64,000 nt of DNA from Escherichia phage vB_EcoM_JS09. The position numbers were made by a program, and so were the translations under genes. This document shows positions 18,578 through 27,837 of the stretch, piece after piece. The number at the start of each line of letters is the position of its first letter. The stretch's first letter is position 1. Where the stretch lies: sequence record NC_024124.2. The stretch is one strand, 5' to 3'. The notes under the pieces are model-generated. The model searched no databases. It was not told the DNA's origin and worked only from the letters and a program-made list of their open reading frames with translations.

Positions 18578-18605
18578 CCCTTATCTAATATGGTAAGGGT
18601 TTATT

Positions 18606-19079
18606 ATGTTATTATCTGGCAAATTATACAAAGAAGAAAAACAAAAATTTTATGATGCACAGAATGGTAAGTGTCCTATTTGCCACCGTGAATTAGACCC
18701 TGATGTTCAAGGTAACCATCTTGACCACGACCATGAATTAAACGGGCCAAAAGCCGGTAGAGTTCGTGGATTACTCTGTAATCTGTGCAACGCAGCAGAA
18801 GGCCAAATGAAGCATAAGTTCAACCGTTCCGGTCTTAAAGGACGTGATGTCGACTACCTCGAATGGCTTGAAGCTCTTCTTGCTTATTTGAAACAAGATT
18901 ATTCTGATAATAATATCCATCCTAATTTTGTTCCAGACAAAACTAAAGAGTTCTCAAGACTAGGTAAAGAGGAAATGATGGCTGAGATGCTTCAAAGAGG
19001 ATTTGAATATAATGAATCTGATACCAAAACACAATTAATAGCTTCATTCAAAAAGCAGCTTAGAAAGAGTTTAAAATGA
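18606..19079 (+). CDS. 49: Endonuclease VII (Holliday-junction resolvase)
   Basis: MLLSGKLYKEEKQKFYDAQNGKCPICHREL...HLDHDHELNGPKAG matches recalled T4 gp49; TATAAATA upstream. Confidence 0.9.
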   Translation: MLLSGKLYKEEKQKFYDAQNGKCPICHRELDPDVQGNHLDHDHELNGPKAGRVRGLLCNLCNAAEGQMKHKFNRSGLKGRDVDYLEWLEALLAYLKQDYSDNNIHPNFVPDKTKEFSRLGKEEMMAEMLQRGFEYNESDTKTQLIASFKKQLRKSLK

Positions 19080-20893
19080 AAATTGAAAAAGAAATTGAAG
19101 GATTAATTCATAAAACTAATAAAGATCTTTTGAACGAGAATGCTAATAAAGATTCTCGTGTTTTTCCAACTCAACGGGACCTTATGGCTGGTATTGTGTC
19201 TAAGCACATTGCCAAAAATATGGTCCCGTCTTTTATTATGAAAGCACATGAAAGCGGAATTATCCATTTCCATGATATTGATTATTCCCCTGCTCTTCCA
19301 TTTACTAATTGCTGTTTAGTAGATTTAAAAGGAATGCTTGAAAACGGGTTTAAGCTAGGTAATGCTCAAATTGAAACGCCTAAATCGATTGGTGTTGCTA
19401 CTGCAATTATGGCACAAATTACCGCACAGGTTGCTTCACATCAGTACGGCGGAACGACTTTTGCTAATGTAGATAAAGTACTTTCTCCTTATGTTAAACG
19501 CACCTATGCAAAACATATTGAGGATGCAGAAAAATGGCAAATCGCTGATGCGTTGAATTATGCCCAATCTAAAACAGAAAAAGACGTATACGATGCATTT
19601 CAAGCTTATGAGTATGAAGTAAATACTCTTTTTAGCTCAAACGGTCAAACGCCTTTTGTAACAATTACATTTGGTACTGGAACTGACTGGACTGAACGAA
19701 TTATTCAGAAAGCAATTCTTAAAAACCGCATTAAAGGCCTTGGTCGTGATGGAATAACTCCTATTTTCCCTAAACTTGTTATGTTCATTGAAGAGGGTGT
19801 CAATCTTTATAAAGACGACCCGAACTATGATATTAAGCAGCTTGCTCTAGAGTGTGCAAGCAAAAGAATGTATCCTGATATTATTTCAGTTAAGAACAAT
19901 AAAGCTATCACTGGTTCATCTATTCCTGTTTCTCCAATGGGTTGTCGTAGTTTCTTGAGTGTATGGAAAGATTCGACTGGAAATGAAATTCTTGATGGAC
20001 GTAATAATCTTGGTGTTGTAACACTGAATCTTCCTCGTATTGCGTTAGATTCTTATATTGGAACACAATTCAATGAACAGAAATTTGTTGAGCTATTTAA
20101 TGAACGAATGGATCTGTGTTTTGAAGCCTTGATGTGTAGAATTAGTTCTTTAAAGGGTGTTAAAGCAACTGTTGCTCCTATTCTTTACCAAGAAGGTGCA
20201 TTCGGGGTTCGTCTTAAACCTGATGACGATATAATTGAGTTATTTAAAAACGGTAGAAGTTCAGTGTCCTTAGGATACATTGGTATTCACGAATTGAATA
20301 TTCTTGTCGGTCGTGATATTGGACAAGAAATTTTAACTAAAATGAATGCTCATCTTAAGCAGTGGACTGAAAGAACCGGTTTTGCTTTTAGCTTGTATTC
20401 TACTCCTGCTGAAAACCTGTGCTATCGCTTCTGTAAACTTGATACCGAGAAATATGGAAGTGTAAAAGATGTTACTGATAAAGGCTGGTACACTAATAGT
20501 TTCCATGTTTCAGTAGAAGAAAATATCACTCCGTTTGAAAAGATTTCTCGCGAAGCCCCATATCATTTCATTGCGACTGGCGGACATATTTCTTATGTTG
20601 AACTTCCTGATATGAAAAATAACCTAAAAGGTCTTGAGGCTGTATGGGATTATGCTGCACAACATTTAGATTATTTTGGTGTTAATATGCCAGTAGATAA
20701 ATGTTTTACATGTGGAAGTACTCATGAAATGACTCCTACTGAAACCGGATTTGTTTGTTCTATTTGTGGAGAAACTGACCCTAAAAAGATGAACACCATA
20801 AGAAGAACATGCGGTTATCTTGGAAATCCTAACGAACGCGGATTTAATCTCGGCAAAAATAAAGAAATCATGCATAGGGTTAAACACCAATGA
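19076..20893 (+). CDS. nrdD: Anaerobic ribonucleoside-triphosphate reductase
   Basis: 605 aa uninterrupted; C-terminal glycyl-radical and Cys-rich region; matches recalled T4 NrdD. Confidence 0.95.
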   Translation: MKIEKEIEGLIHKTNKDLLNENANKDSRVFPTQRDLMAGIVSKHIAKNMVPSFIMKAHESGIIHFHDIDYSPALPFTNCCLVDLKGMLENGFKLGNAQIETPKSIGVATAIMAQITAQVASHQYGGTTFANVDKVLSPYVKRTYAKHIEDAEKWQIADALNYAQSKTEKDVYDAFQAYEYEVNTLFSSNGQTPFVTITFGTGTDWTERIIQKAILKNRIKGLGRDGITPIFPKLVMFIEEGVNLYKDDPNYDIKQLALECASKRMYPDIISVKNNKAITGSSIPVSPMGCRSFLSVWKDSTGNEILDGRNNLGVVTLNLPRIALDSYIGTQFNEQKFVELFNERMDLCFEALMCRISSLKGVKATVAPILYQEGAFGVRLKPDDDIIELFKNGRSSVSLGYIGIHELNILVGRDIGQEILTKMNAHLKQWTERTGFAFSLYSTPAENLCYRFCKLDTEKYGSVKDVTDKGWYTNSFHVSVEENITPFEKISREAPYHFIATGGHISYVELPDMKNNLKGLEAVWDYAAQHLDYFGVNMPVDKCFTCGSTHEMTPTETGFVCSICGETDPKKMNTIRRTCGYLGNPNERGFNLGKNKEIMHRVKHQ

Positions 20894-21360
20894 ATTATGA
20901 TAGATTTTATCCTTGCGATTTTGTGAATGGCCCTGGTTGCAGGGTCGTTCTTTTCGTTACAGGTTGTTTGCATAAATGCGAAGGGTGTTATAATAAATCA
21001 ACATGGAACGCTAGAAATGGTATTCCATTCACGGGTGAAACACTAGAGCAATTAATTGAATGTTTGAATAATGATTATATAGAAGGATTAACTATAACTG
21101 GAGGAGACCCTCTCTATCCCGATAACAGAGATGTTGTTCATTGCATTGCTCAAACAGTAAAAAATCTTTATCCCAATAAAAGCATTTGGTTGTGGACAGG
21201 ATATAAGTTTGAAGATATTAAACAACTAGAAATGCTTAAATATGTTGATGTTATTATTGATGGGAAGTATGAGAAAAATCTTCCGACTAAAAAGATGTGG
21301 CGAGGATCAGATAATCAGCGACTTTGGTCAAATACCGATGGGGTGTGGAAACATGATTAA
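20890..21360 (+). CDS. nrdG: Anaerobic RNR activating protein (radical SAM)
   Basis: CDFVNGPGCRVVLFVTGCLHKCEGCYN radical-SAM cluster motif; ATGA coupling to nrdD. Confidence 0.9.
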   Translation: MNYDRFYPCDFVNGPGCRVVLFVTGCLHKCEGCYNKSTWNARNGIPFTGETLEQLIECLNNDYIEGLTITGGDPLYPDNRDVVHCIAQTVKNLYPNKSIWLWTGYKFEDIKQLEMLKYVDVIIDGKYEKNLPTKKMWRGSDNQRLWSNTDGVWKHD

Positions 21361-21470
21361 ATTGAATTACATTATGGATACTATAAATGATATGATTTTT
21401 CGTTTTGGTCCAGAATTTTATTCGCAGTATAGTTTGGTGTTTATCAATGCTTAGTTAATTAAGGGTAAAT

Positions 21471-21686
21471 ATGTATAAATTTCGTAAAGGTTTAGCTGAT
21501 TTTCTTACAACTGTAACGTTCTTTTTGTTTATGGCAGTTGGAGCTATTTTTCTTATTCCTTTTACTGTTGTATTTTTCTTGATTAGTTTAATTTCTCCGG
21601 AAAAGGGTTTATCCTCCAGCGAATTCAATGAACGTTTGGACAAAATTACTAATAAACTGAATTCTGTTCTTGATAAAAAGGCTTAA
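21471..21686 (+). CDS. Small membrane protein
   Basis: Hydrophobic core TVTFFLFMAVGAIFLIPFTVVFFLISLI. Confidence 0.4.
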   Translation: MYKFRKGLADFLTTVTFFLFMAVGAIFLIPFTVVFFLISLISPEKGLSSSEFNERLDKITNKLNSVLDKKA

Positions 21687-21688
21687 TT

Positions 21689-22006
21689 ATGATTAGTTTT
21701 GAGCGGTATGTGGTAGAGAGTTGGAAAGGTTTTGATATGTTCGGTAATGACTATTATTTTTACGAATGTAATCTAAATCCTAGTTTTTGGGCTGGACGTG
21801 AACGAGATCTCGAAGAAATTAATGCTCGTGCCGAATTGTTAGGTGAACTGCCTACGGTTTATTTTACCTTTGATGAATCTGGATTTGTTATCCAGGTTTA
21901 TTTTCCTGAAGAAAACTCTGGTGAGGATTCTGTTAATCCTCCTTATTGGGCTTACCAAGGAATTATTTCTCGTGGAACAAAACTCGAACTTAAAGAACAA
22001 GATTGA
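21689..22006 (+). CDS. Hypothetical protein
   Basis: 105-aa ORF. Confidence 0.45.
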   Translation: MISFERYVVESWKGFDMFGNDYYFYECNLNPSFWAGRERDLEEINARAELLGELPTVYFTFDESGFVIQVYFPEENSGEDSVNPPYWAYQGIISRGTKLELKEQD

Positions 22007-22295
22007 AATTTATGGCATCCCTGAAGAAGTAGGACGTTGTCCAGGATGTTATACTGTTACAAAACTTTTAAAGGAGCTCAATGCTCCTTATACATTTTAT
22101 AAAGTCCTCACTAATAATGGTAAGATTGAATACGACCGTCCTTTAATCGTATCTCTTGCTAAACGTGCAGGATTCACTTCACTTAATATTCGTTATCCTG
22201 TCATATTTTTAAATGATAAGAAACAAAAGAATATTGCAGAGTTTAAAAAGTCCTTGATTTCATTAGGATACGACTCTGATATCATAGAAGATTGA
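21972..22295 (+). CDS. Glutaredoxin-like protein (NrdH-like), non-ATG start inferred
   Basis: KIEIYGIPEEVGRCPGCYTVTKLL has a redox CPGC motif; no ATG near domain start, GTG 21972 is nearest candidate; overlaps upstream ORF. Confidence 0.45.
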   Translation: MEQNSNLKNKIEIYGIPEEVGRCPGCYTVTKLLKELNAPYTFYKVLTNNGKIEYDRPLIVSLAKRAGFTSLNIRYPVIFLNDKKQKNIAEFKKSLISLGYDSDIIED

Positions 22296-22320
22296 CCAGG
22301 TGCCGCCTGGTCTTCTTTAT
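22294..22320 (+). terminator. Terminator-like hairpin after nrdH-like gene
   Basis: GACCAGG-tgccg-CCTGGTC then T-rich tract. Confidence 0.45.
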
Positions 22321-22460
22321 CTCATTTCTAATATAATCCATTGGAATCTTCACTTCACTATCTCCTTGTGCCCCTCTCAAATCGAAAATATTTTCATAAA
22401 ACAGTTTACATCCTCAATAGATGTGTTAAGATTAAACCATCTACTATAGAGGAAAATAAA

Positions 22461-22643
22461 ATGACAATTGAAGATAAAGAAATTAAGGTCGACCAGTACT
22501 ATTCTGTCAACGGTAATGCAGTACAGATAACCAGAGTTTCAAGCCTGGATGTTTGGTACCGTTCAATCAAATATCCAGAAATTGGTGAAATGCTTTGTGA
22601 CCGTGGTATCTTCTGTTCAATTGCGAAGGAAATTAAGCCATGA
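22461..22643 (+). CDS. Hypothetical protein
   Basis: ATG 22461 with SD agagga inside ORF 22341-22643. Confidence 0.4.
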   Translation: MTIEDKEIKVDQYYSVNGNAVQITRVSSLDVWYRSIKYPEIGEMLCDRGIFCSIAKEIKP

Positions 22644-22888
22644 TTAGTTTAGATTCAAAGAAAGTTGTTCTAACCCTTAAAGTTAATGATGAGCGTCCAG
22701 TATTCGTTACCATTTCCGATTTGCATGTTGAAATTGCTAATGGCGTCCATACTTATCAAACGTCTAAAACACATTGGGACTATATCCCAATGTTGACGCT
22801 TACTCAGCGTTTAGAATCAATCGGTCTTAAAGACCTTTCAGTAAGTGAAGTGAATTTTATCAAACGCATTGTATCAATCAACCTCTGA
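22640..22888 (+). CDS. Hypothetical protein
   Basis: ATGA coupling; 82 aa. Confidence 0.45.
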   Translation: MISLDSKKVVLTLKVNDERPVFVTISDLHVEIANGVHTYQTSKTHWDYIPMLTLTQRLESIGLKDLSVSEVNFIKRIVSINL

Positions 22889-22895
22889 GGTACTT

Positions 22896-23189
22896 ATGGG
22901 TAAAACGTATCGTCGTAAAGATTTGAAAGTTCGTGATTACGACTATTTTGGTAAACGTAAAGCTCCTGACGGTGTTAGCCACAAAGACATGGTTGAAAAC
23001 ATTTTCCGCTCAGATAAATGGAAACGTATGAAAGGCGTTGATTCCGAAGTCAAGAACGAAATGAATCGACAACTTCGCAAAGAAGTTCGTAAGTTGAAAA
23101 AAGATGTTTACAGTAAAGAAGATTATGATTATAATACTTCTCATACTGAAGCCAAACGTAAAGCTAACGAATGTTATCGTTACAGTTGA
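22896..23189 (+). CDS. Hypothetical basic protein
   Basis: ATG 22896 (MGKTYRRKDLK...) inside ORF 22869-23189. Confidence 0.45.
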   Translation: MGKTYRRKDLKVRDYDYFGKRKAPDGVSHKDMVENIFRSDKWKRMKGVDSEVKNEMNRQLRKEVRKLKKDVYSKEDYDYNTSHTEAKRKANECYRYS

Positions 23190-23196
23190 GGAAATT

Positions 23197-23331
23197 ATGA
23201 ATATCAAACGAATGCTTTTTAAGCAGGGATTATATACTTTAAATGTTAATCCAAAGGGTGATACAACTAAATGGTCTGTAAATGACTGGATTAAGTTCAT
23301 CGATGAAAATGGGACGTGGAACACAAAATGA
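23197..23331 (+). CDS. Small hypothetical protein
   Basis: ATG 23197 after SD gagga; 44 aa. Confidence 0.3.
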   Translation: MNIKRMLFKQGLYTLNVNPKGDTTKWSVNDWIKFIDENGTWNTK

Positions 23332-23528
23332 ATCCTGAAAATATTGTGTCATGGCAACTTCGTGAAGAACGTGCCGAATTCTTTGCCAATATGAAACTCA
23401 ACGGCGTTGAGGACGAAGACTTTTTACGTTGGTTCTGGATTTACAAATACAAAGAATGCCAGCACGCTGTACTACTGACTTGTGCAGCTATGTATGAAGG
23501 CTGGAAAGGCGCTAAAAAGTTCGGTTAA
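23328..23528 (+). CDS. Hypothetical protein
   Basis: ATGA coupling. Confidence 0.4.
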   Translation: MNPENIVSWQLREERAEFFANMKLNGVEDEDFLRWFWIYKYKECQHAVLLTCAAMYEGWKGAKKFG

Positions 23529-23530
23529 TA

Positions 23531-23570
23531 ATGTACAACGATAGGAAGACGTGTTATTATCTTCCTATCG
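23531..23570 (+). promoter_or_regulatory. PeSL-like cassette (TGTACA variant)
   Basis: TGTACA then ACGATAGGAAGA-cgtgttattat-TCTTCCTATCGT inverted repeat. Confidence 0.45.
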
Positions 23571-23591
23571 TCTTAAAATGAGGAAAATATC

Positions 23592-23831
23592 ATGGAACAA
23601 GAATTAGACGTTATTACATCGAAAAAACGTCTTGAAGTCGTAGTGAATGGCTCAACTATTAAGTTTGTATATGACACTTTAACTGATGCTATTACCGTTA
23701 GTTGTGGCGGAAAGGCTTTTAGTCTAGATTCTACTGAAAACAAATACCCGTTCTATAAAGGTATCTTTGATATGGGTGTTGATATCAGTGTTCGTCAAGC
23801 AAACTATTTACATTATCTTATCACGAAATAA
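23592..23831 (+). CDS. Hypothetical protein
   Basis: SD gagga; promoter/stem-loop cassette upstream. Confidence 0.45.
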   Translation: MEQELDVITSKKRLEVVVNGSTIKFVYDTLTDAITVSCGGKAFSLDSTENKYPFYKGIFDMGVDISVRQANYLHYLITK

Positions 23832-23897
23832 TGCATAAACTCTTGGGAGCAGAGTATAATGCTCTCATTGGATAATAAAATAACCGAGGAAAATAAT

Positions 23898-24230
23898 ATG
23901 TCTACTAAAATCAAAAACGTAGTTAATTCTTTCGCTTTCGATAAAGTTGTTGCTCTTCTGGAATCTGGCAATATTGTTACTCCTCAAGTTCTTGACGCGT
24001 GGGAATTCCGTCTTTATGAAATCATGCAAAAACACGATCAGAAAATTGGACGTAATTCTATTCGTGAAATTCTAGTACAATATATTCTTTCTGAATTTGA
24101 CGTTGCTGCATTTGGTGTTGAATCTAAAGCTTATCAGAAACATGAAATCTCTGAAAAGACTATCCGTCGTATGAAAAATCAACGTAAGAAAAAATTCGTT
24201 GACCTGAAAATTGTTAAGGCGGTAAAATGA
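23898..24230 (+). CDS. Hypothetical protein
   Basis: ATG 23898 after SD gagga. Confidence 0.45.
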   Translation: MSTKIKNVVNSFAFDKVVALLESGNIVTPQVLDAWEFRLYEIMQKHDQKIGRNSIREILVQYILSEFDVAAFGVESKAYQKHEISEKTIRRMKNQRKKKFVDLKIVKAVK

Positions 24231-24454
24231 GCGTATTAACAGAAACTTTGATTAATGACCTGCGTTTAGCTGGTTACGAAGTTGGTACAAATAGCCTAGG
24301 TCTTTCTCAGATTGAAGGGCTTGGATTTATCCTAGAATATGAATTCAAACAATGGTGGCTATATGCTACGGCTGACGATGCGTTGAATATTGATTTCGTT
24401 GACCAATTTGATTCGCTGGATGCTGCTCTTGAAGCAGCAAAGGAACTAGAATGA
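24227..24454 (+). CDS. Hypothetical acidic protein
   Basis: ATGA coupling. Confidence 0.45.
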   Translation: MSVLTETLINDLRLAGYEVGTNSLGLSQIEGLGFILEYEFKQWWLYATADDALNIDFVDQFDSLDAALEAAKELE

Positions 24455-24720
24455 AATTAACTCGAATCAGTATAACTGAAGAAAAGCTGGGCGAATTTTA
24501 TGTTGACGAATACATGAAAGTCACGTATTTTCCATTCGTTAAAGGTGTTGGTTTTTGGGAAACTCATGTGTCTCAATTAAACGAAGGCGACTATAACGAA
24601 ACACATGAGAACTTTTTAGATTTTCTTTATAATGCCGGTCTTACTGAGCTTTATATCGATATCCATGAGTTCAAACGTTTAATGGAAAAAGTGTTTCAGG
24701 CTTATTGTTTGCTCCGATAG
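24451..24720 (+). CDS. Hypothetical protein
   Basis: ATGA coupling. Confidence 0.45.
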   Translation: MKLTRISITEEKLGEFYVDEYMKVTYFPFVKGVGFWETHVSQLNEGDYNETHENFLDFLYNAGLTELYIDIHEFKRLMEKVFQAYCLLR

Positions 24721-24792
24721 TATCTCGTGCTTTAAGATAGGTCTCTAAATATTATGATATAATAGACCTATGAATTGAGCTAAGAGGTACTT

Positions 24793-25350
24793 ATGACTGA
24801 ACAAAAACCTAAAAATAACTATGTGAATAATAAAGAGCTTCTCGCCGCTATAATCGAGTGGAAAAAGGAGCTCTTAAATAATAAAGACCCAAACAAAATT
24901 ATTCGTCAGAATGATACCATCGGTTTAGCAATTATGCTTATCGCCGAAGGCCTGTCCAAACGTTTCAACTTTTCAGGATATACCCAGTCTTGGAAGCAGG
25001 AGATGATTGCAGATGGGATTGAAGCCTCTATTAAGGGACTTCATAATTTCGACGAAACTAAGTACAATAACCCACATGCATACATAACTCGAGCTTGTTT
25101 TAATGCTTTTGTCCAACGTATCAAAAAAGAACGTAAGGAAGTTGCAAAGAAATATAGTTACTTCGTTCATAATGTCTACGACAGTCATGACGATGATATG
25201 GTAGCGTTGGTAGATGAAACGTTTATTCAAGACATCTACGATAAAATGACGCATTATGAAGAATCCGCTTATAAAGCTCCTGGGGCTGAAAAGAAGGAAG
25301 TTGTTAGCGATTCGCCTAGTTTGGATTTTTTATATGAGGATGACAATTGA
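24793..25350 (+). CDS. 55: Late-transcription sigma factor gp55
   Basis: 185 aa, [26 protein letters not shown]... matches recalled T4 gp55. Confidence 0.9.
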   Translation: MTEQKPKNNYVNNKELLAAIIEWKKELLNNKDPNKIIRQNDTIGLAIMLIAEGLSKRFNFSGYTQSWKQEMIADGIEASIKGLHNFDETKYNNPHAYITRACFNAFVQRIKKERKEVAKKYSYFVHNVYDSHDDDMVALVDETFIQDIYDKMTHYEESAYKAPGAEKKEVVSDSPSLDFLYEDDN

Positions 25351-25549
25351 CATCTCTAACTACTTAGAAGAACCTTTTGACGAAGCAATCCCTTATTTGG
25401 TAAAACTGTTGGGTCGTGAATTTAAAATTAATTTTGACATCGACCCTTTGAACCCACATGACGTGTCATTTTCGATAAATGGGACTCCGGTTGAGTATGA
25501 GTTCTGTATTGAAGAGGATGGACGTTTTTATTTTAATTTAATGAGATAA
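25334..25549 (+). CDS. Hypothetical protein
   Basis: In-frame ATG near end of gene 55. Confidence 0.35.
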   Translation: MRMTIDISNYLEEPFDEAIPYLVKLLGREFKINFDIDPLNPHDVSFSINGTPVEYEFCIEEDGRFYFNLMR

Positions 25550-25550
25550 T

Positions 25551-25874
25551 ATGACTACCGAGATTATTGAAAATAAAGAAGCAGAAGATGCAGTAGCTAA
25601 AATGCTACAAGAAATCCAAAAGAAAAATGAAGCTGAAGCACGTAAAAAATCCGAAAAGATTCTTAAAAAGAATCGTTTTGAACTAAACCGTCTTTATGCT
25701 CATGCTCAAGAAGCAGCAATTCAAAACAACTTCGAAGCTTACGAATATGCTATTAAGAAATCTCGGGATATTCTACGACAACCATACAATGACAAGTTAA
25801 TTAAAATCCAGTGGGTTACTACTCGTCAGGCTATTGAGGACATCATTAATGGCGCTAGTTCAAACAAAGTTTAA
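25551..25874 (+). CDS. Hypothetical protein
   Basis: 107-aa lysine/glutamate-rich ORF. Confidence 0.45.
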   Translation: MTTEIIENKEAEDAVAKMLQEIQKKNEAEARKKSEKILKKNRFELNRLYAHAQEAAIQNNFEAYEYAIKKSRDILRQPYNDKLIKIQWVTTRQAIEDIINGASSNKV

Positions 25875-26055
25875 ACGTCTGAAGCTGAACGCAGGGTTCA
25901 CCCTTAAATTGGGAGGTCCTCTTTGTGTTAAAATTTCTGAAAAGGAATATCACGACGGTTCTATTACAGAAATTTGTCCGCCTATTGTAAAGGCAGACCC
26001 AAAACAACTCGTGTGGGTTGATTCATTTCAAGTTAAGAAATGGTGGAAACGATGA
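25849..26055 (+). CDS. Hypothetical protein
   Basis: ATG 25849 after SD gagga. Confidence 0.35.
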   Translation: MALVQTKFKRLKLNAGFTLKLGGPLCVKISEKEYHDGSITEICPPIVKADPKQLVWVDSFQVKKWWKR

Positions 26056-26094
26056 GAGAAATCGATTTAGGTATTTTCTGAGAGGTGATTATGC

Positions 26095-26268
26095 ATGACG
26101 AACGACCCGACCTCTGAAAATTTCGATAAAATCCGTAAAGGCAAAGCAGAAAGAATGAGACGTTTTAAAGAGTCTTATGATAAAGCTAAAGCCGAAGGAA
26201 CTATTACATACAAGCCCATTCGATTTAAAAGTTCAAATGAGCCTCTGTACGGTGTACTATGTGGATAG
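26095..26268 (+). CDS. Small basic protein (57 aa)
   Basis: SD gaggtg; not in track; terminator hairpin starts at its stop. Confidence 0.35.
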   Translation: MTNDPTSENFDKIRKGKAERMRRFKESYDKAKAEGTITYKPIRFKSSNEPLYGVLCG

Positions 26269-26291
26269 GAACTCTTCGGAGTTCCTTTTTT
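26268..26291 (+). terminator. Rho-independent terminator (CUUCGG hairpin + T6)
   Basis: GGAACTC-TTCG-GAGTTCC followed by TTTTTT. Confidence 0.65.
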
Positions 26292-26314
26292 GCTTTATAA
26301 ACGGATGATAGAAT
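26291..26314 (+). promoter_or_regulatory. Middle-promoter-like element (MotA box TGCTTTA + TAGAAT) upstream of gene 47
   Basis: TGCTTTA, 11-nt spacer, TAGAAT; directly after terminator hairpin. Confidence 0.5.
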
Positions 26315-26337
26315 GAATTAACTAATGAGGAAATAAT

Positions 26338-27357
26338 ATGAAAATTTTAAATTTAGGTGATTGGCATTTAGGTGTTAAAGCCGATGATGAGTGGGTTCAA
26401 TCCATTCAGTTGGATGGAATTAAACAAGCAATAGAATATTCTAAGAAAAACGGAATTACTACATGGATTCAATATGGCGATATTTTTGATGTGCGAAAAG
26501 CAATCACACATAAAACTATGGAATTCGCCCGTGAAATAGTTCAAATGCTTGATGATGCTGGTATTACACTACATACCGTTGTAGGAAACCATGATATGCA
26601 CTTTAAAAATACTTTAACTCCAAATGCTTCTACTGAGCTTTTGGCTAAATATCCTAATGTTAAAGTATATGATAAGCCTACTACAGTAGATTTTGACGGA
26701 TGTTTGATTGATTTAATTCCTTGGATGTGCGAAGAAAATACAGGTGAAATCTTAGAGCACATCAAGACTTCTTCTGCCGCTTATTGTGTTGGGCACTGGG
26801 AACTGAATGGCTTTTATTTCTATAAAGGAATGAAGTCTCATGGGCTTGAACCTGATTTCTTAAAGACCTATAAACAAGTCTGGTCCGGCCACTTCCACAC
26901 AATCTCTGAAGCTGCTAACGTCAAATATATTGGGACACCATGGACCCTTACTGCAGGCGATGAGAACGACCCGCGCGGATTCTGGGTATTTGACACTGAT
27001 GTTGAACGTATGGAATTTATTCCTAATGAAACAACATGGCATCGACGAATCACTTATCCATTTAAAGGCAAAATCAATTATTCTGATTATACTAATTTAG
27101 CCGTACGTGTTATAGTATCAGAAATTGATTCAGAGTTGACTAAGTTTGAATCTGAACTTGAAAAAGTAGTTCACTCTCTTCGTATGGTTTCTAAAGTTGA
27201 TAACAGTGTTGAATCTGATGACGACCAGGAAATCGAGATTAAATCACTTCAAGATATCATTAAAGAATATATTGACGCGATTCCAGATATCTCAGACGAA
27301 GACAGAGAAGCGCTGGTTAAATATTCCAACGAACTTTATATTGAGGCAACACAATGA
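26338..27357 (+). CDS. 47: Recombination endonuclease subunit gp47 (Mre11-like)
   Basis: Phosphoesterase motifs GDWHLG, GDIFD, GNHD; 339 aa as in T4. Confidence 0.9.
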   Translation: MKILNLGDWHLGVKADDEWVQSIQLDGIKQAIEYSKKNGITTWIQYGDIFDVRKAITHKTMEFAREIVQMLDDAGITLHTVVGNHDMHFKNTLTPNASTELLAKYPNVKVYDKPTTVDFDGCLIDLIPWMCEENTGEILEHIKTSSAAYCVGHWELNGFYFYKGMKSHGLEPDFLKTYKQVWSGHFHTISEAANVKYIGTPWTLTAGDENDPRGFWVFDTDVERMEFIPNETTWHRRITYPFKGKINYSDYTNLAVRVIVSEIDSELTKFESELEKVVHSLRMVSKVDNSVESDDDQEIEIKSLQDIIKEYIDAIPDISDEDREALVKYSNELYIEATQ

Positions 27358-27611
27358 CTTTAGATGAATTTAACAATGCTGGGCTCGGGCTTGAAGTTGA
27401 AATGGACGTTAAAGATGATGATGGATTCGAGAACACTATCAAGTATTGGATTGAACCATTACGTGTTGAAGGCAATGAAGTTAAAGCTGTTCATGTTTGT
27501 ACCGACTGGGCTATTGAATTTAGCTTTAATATAATGGACAACGATACTCCTGGCTCTATTCTTAAAATGGCTGAAGCGTGTATTGAGGATGCGTATAATG
27601 ACGAAGACTGA
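27354..27611 (+). CDS. Hypothetical acidic protein
   Basis: ATGA coupling. Confidence 0.45.
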   Translation: MTLDEFNNAGLGLEVEMDVKDDDGFENTIKYWIEPLRVEGNEVKAVHVCTDWAIEFSFNIMDNDTPGSILKMAEACIEDAYNDED

Positions 27612-27837
27612 TTATGAAATCCATCGTCATGAATTTAGTATTGGTGACGGTTATATTGGTATCGTTGAATGGACTGAGAATTGCGAGGAATCAACTCCTC
27701 GTTTCTTTGGAACAATGTATGTTACCTGTGAGTACGCACCAGGTGTTGTTATGTATGCAGAACTAGATGAATATTTTGCTGATAGAGATGACATGTTAAA
27801 ATATGTAGAGGACTTCATTCGAAGAGAATACATATGA
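27598..27837 (+). CDS. Hypothetical protein
   Basis: ATG 27598 after SD gagga. Confidence 0.4.
   Translation: MTKTDYEIHRHEFSIGDGYIGIVEWTENCEESTPRFFGTMYVTCEYAPGVVMYAELDEYFADRDDMLKYVEDFIRREYI

Noticed and set aside
21843-21971. ATG 21843 as start of a 150-aa glutaredoxin-like protein
   Set aside because: Would overlap the upstream ORF by 160 nt in another frame with a hydrophobic junk-like N-terminus; internal start preferred
24728-24763. MotA-box promoter upstream of gene 55
   Set aside because: TGCTTTA is present but spacing to the TATAAT (23 nt) is far from the 11-13 nt expected; left as possible stem-loop/promoter only
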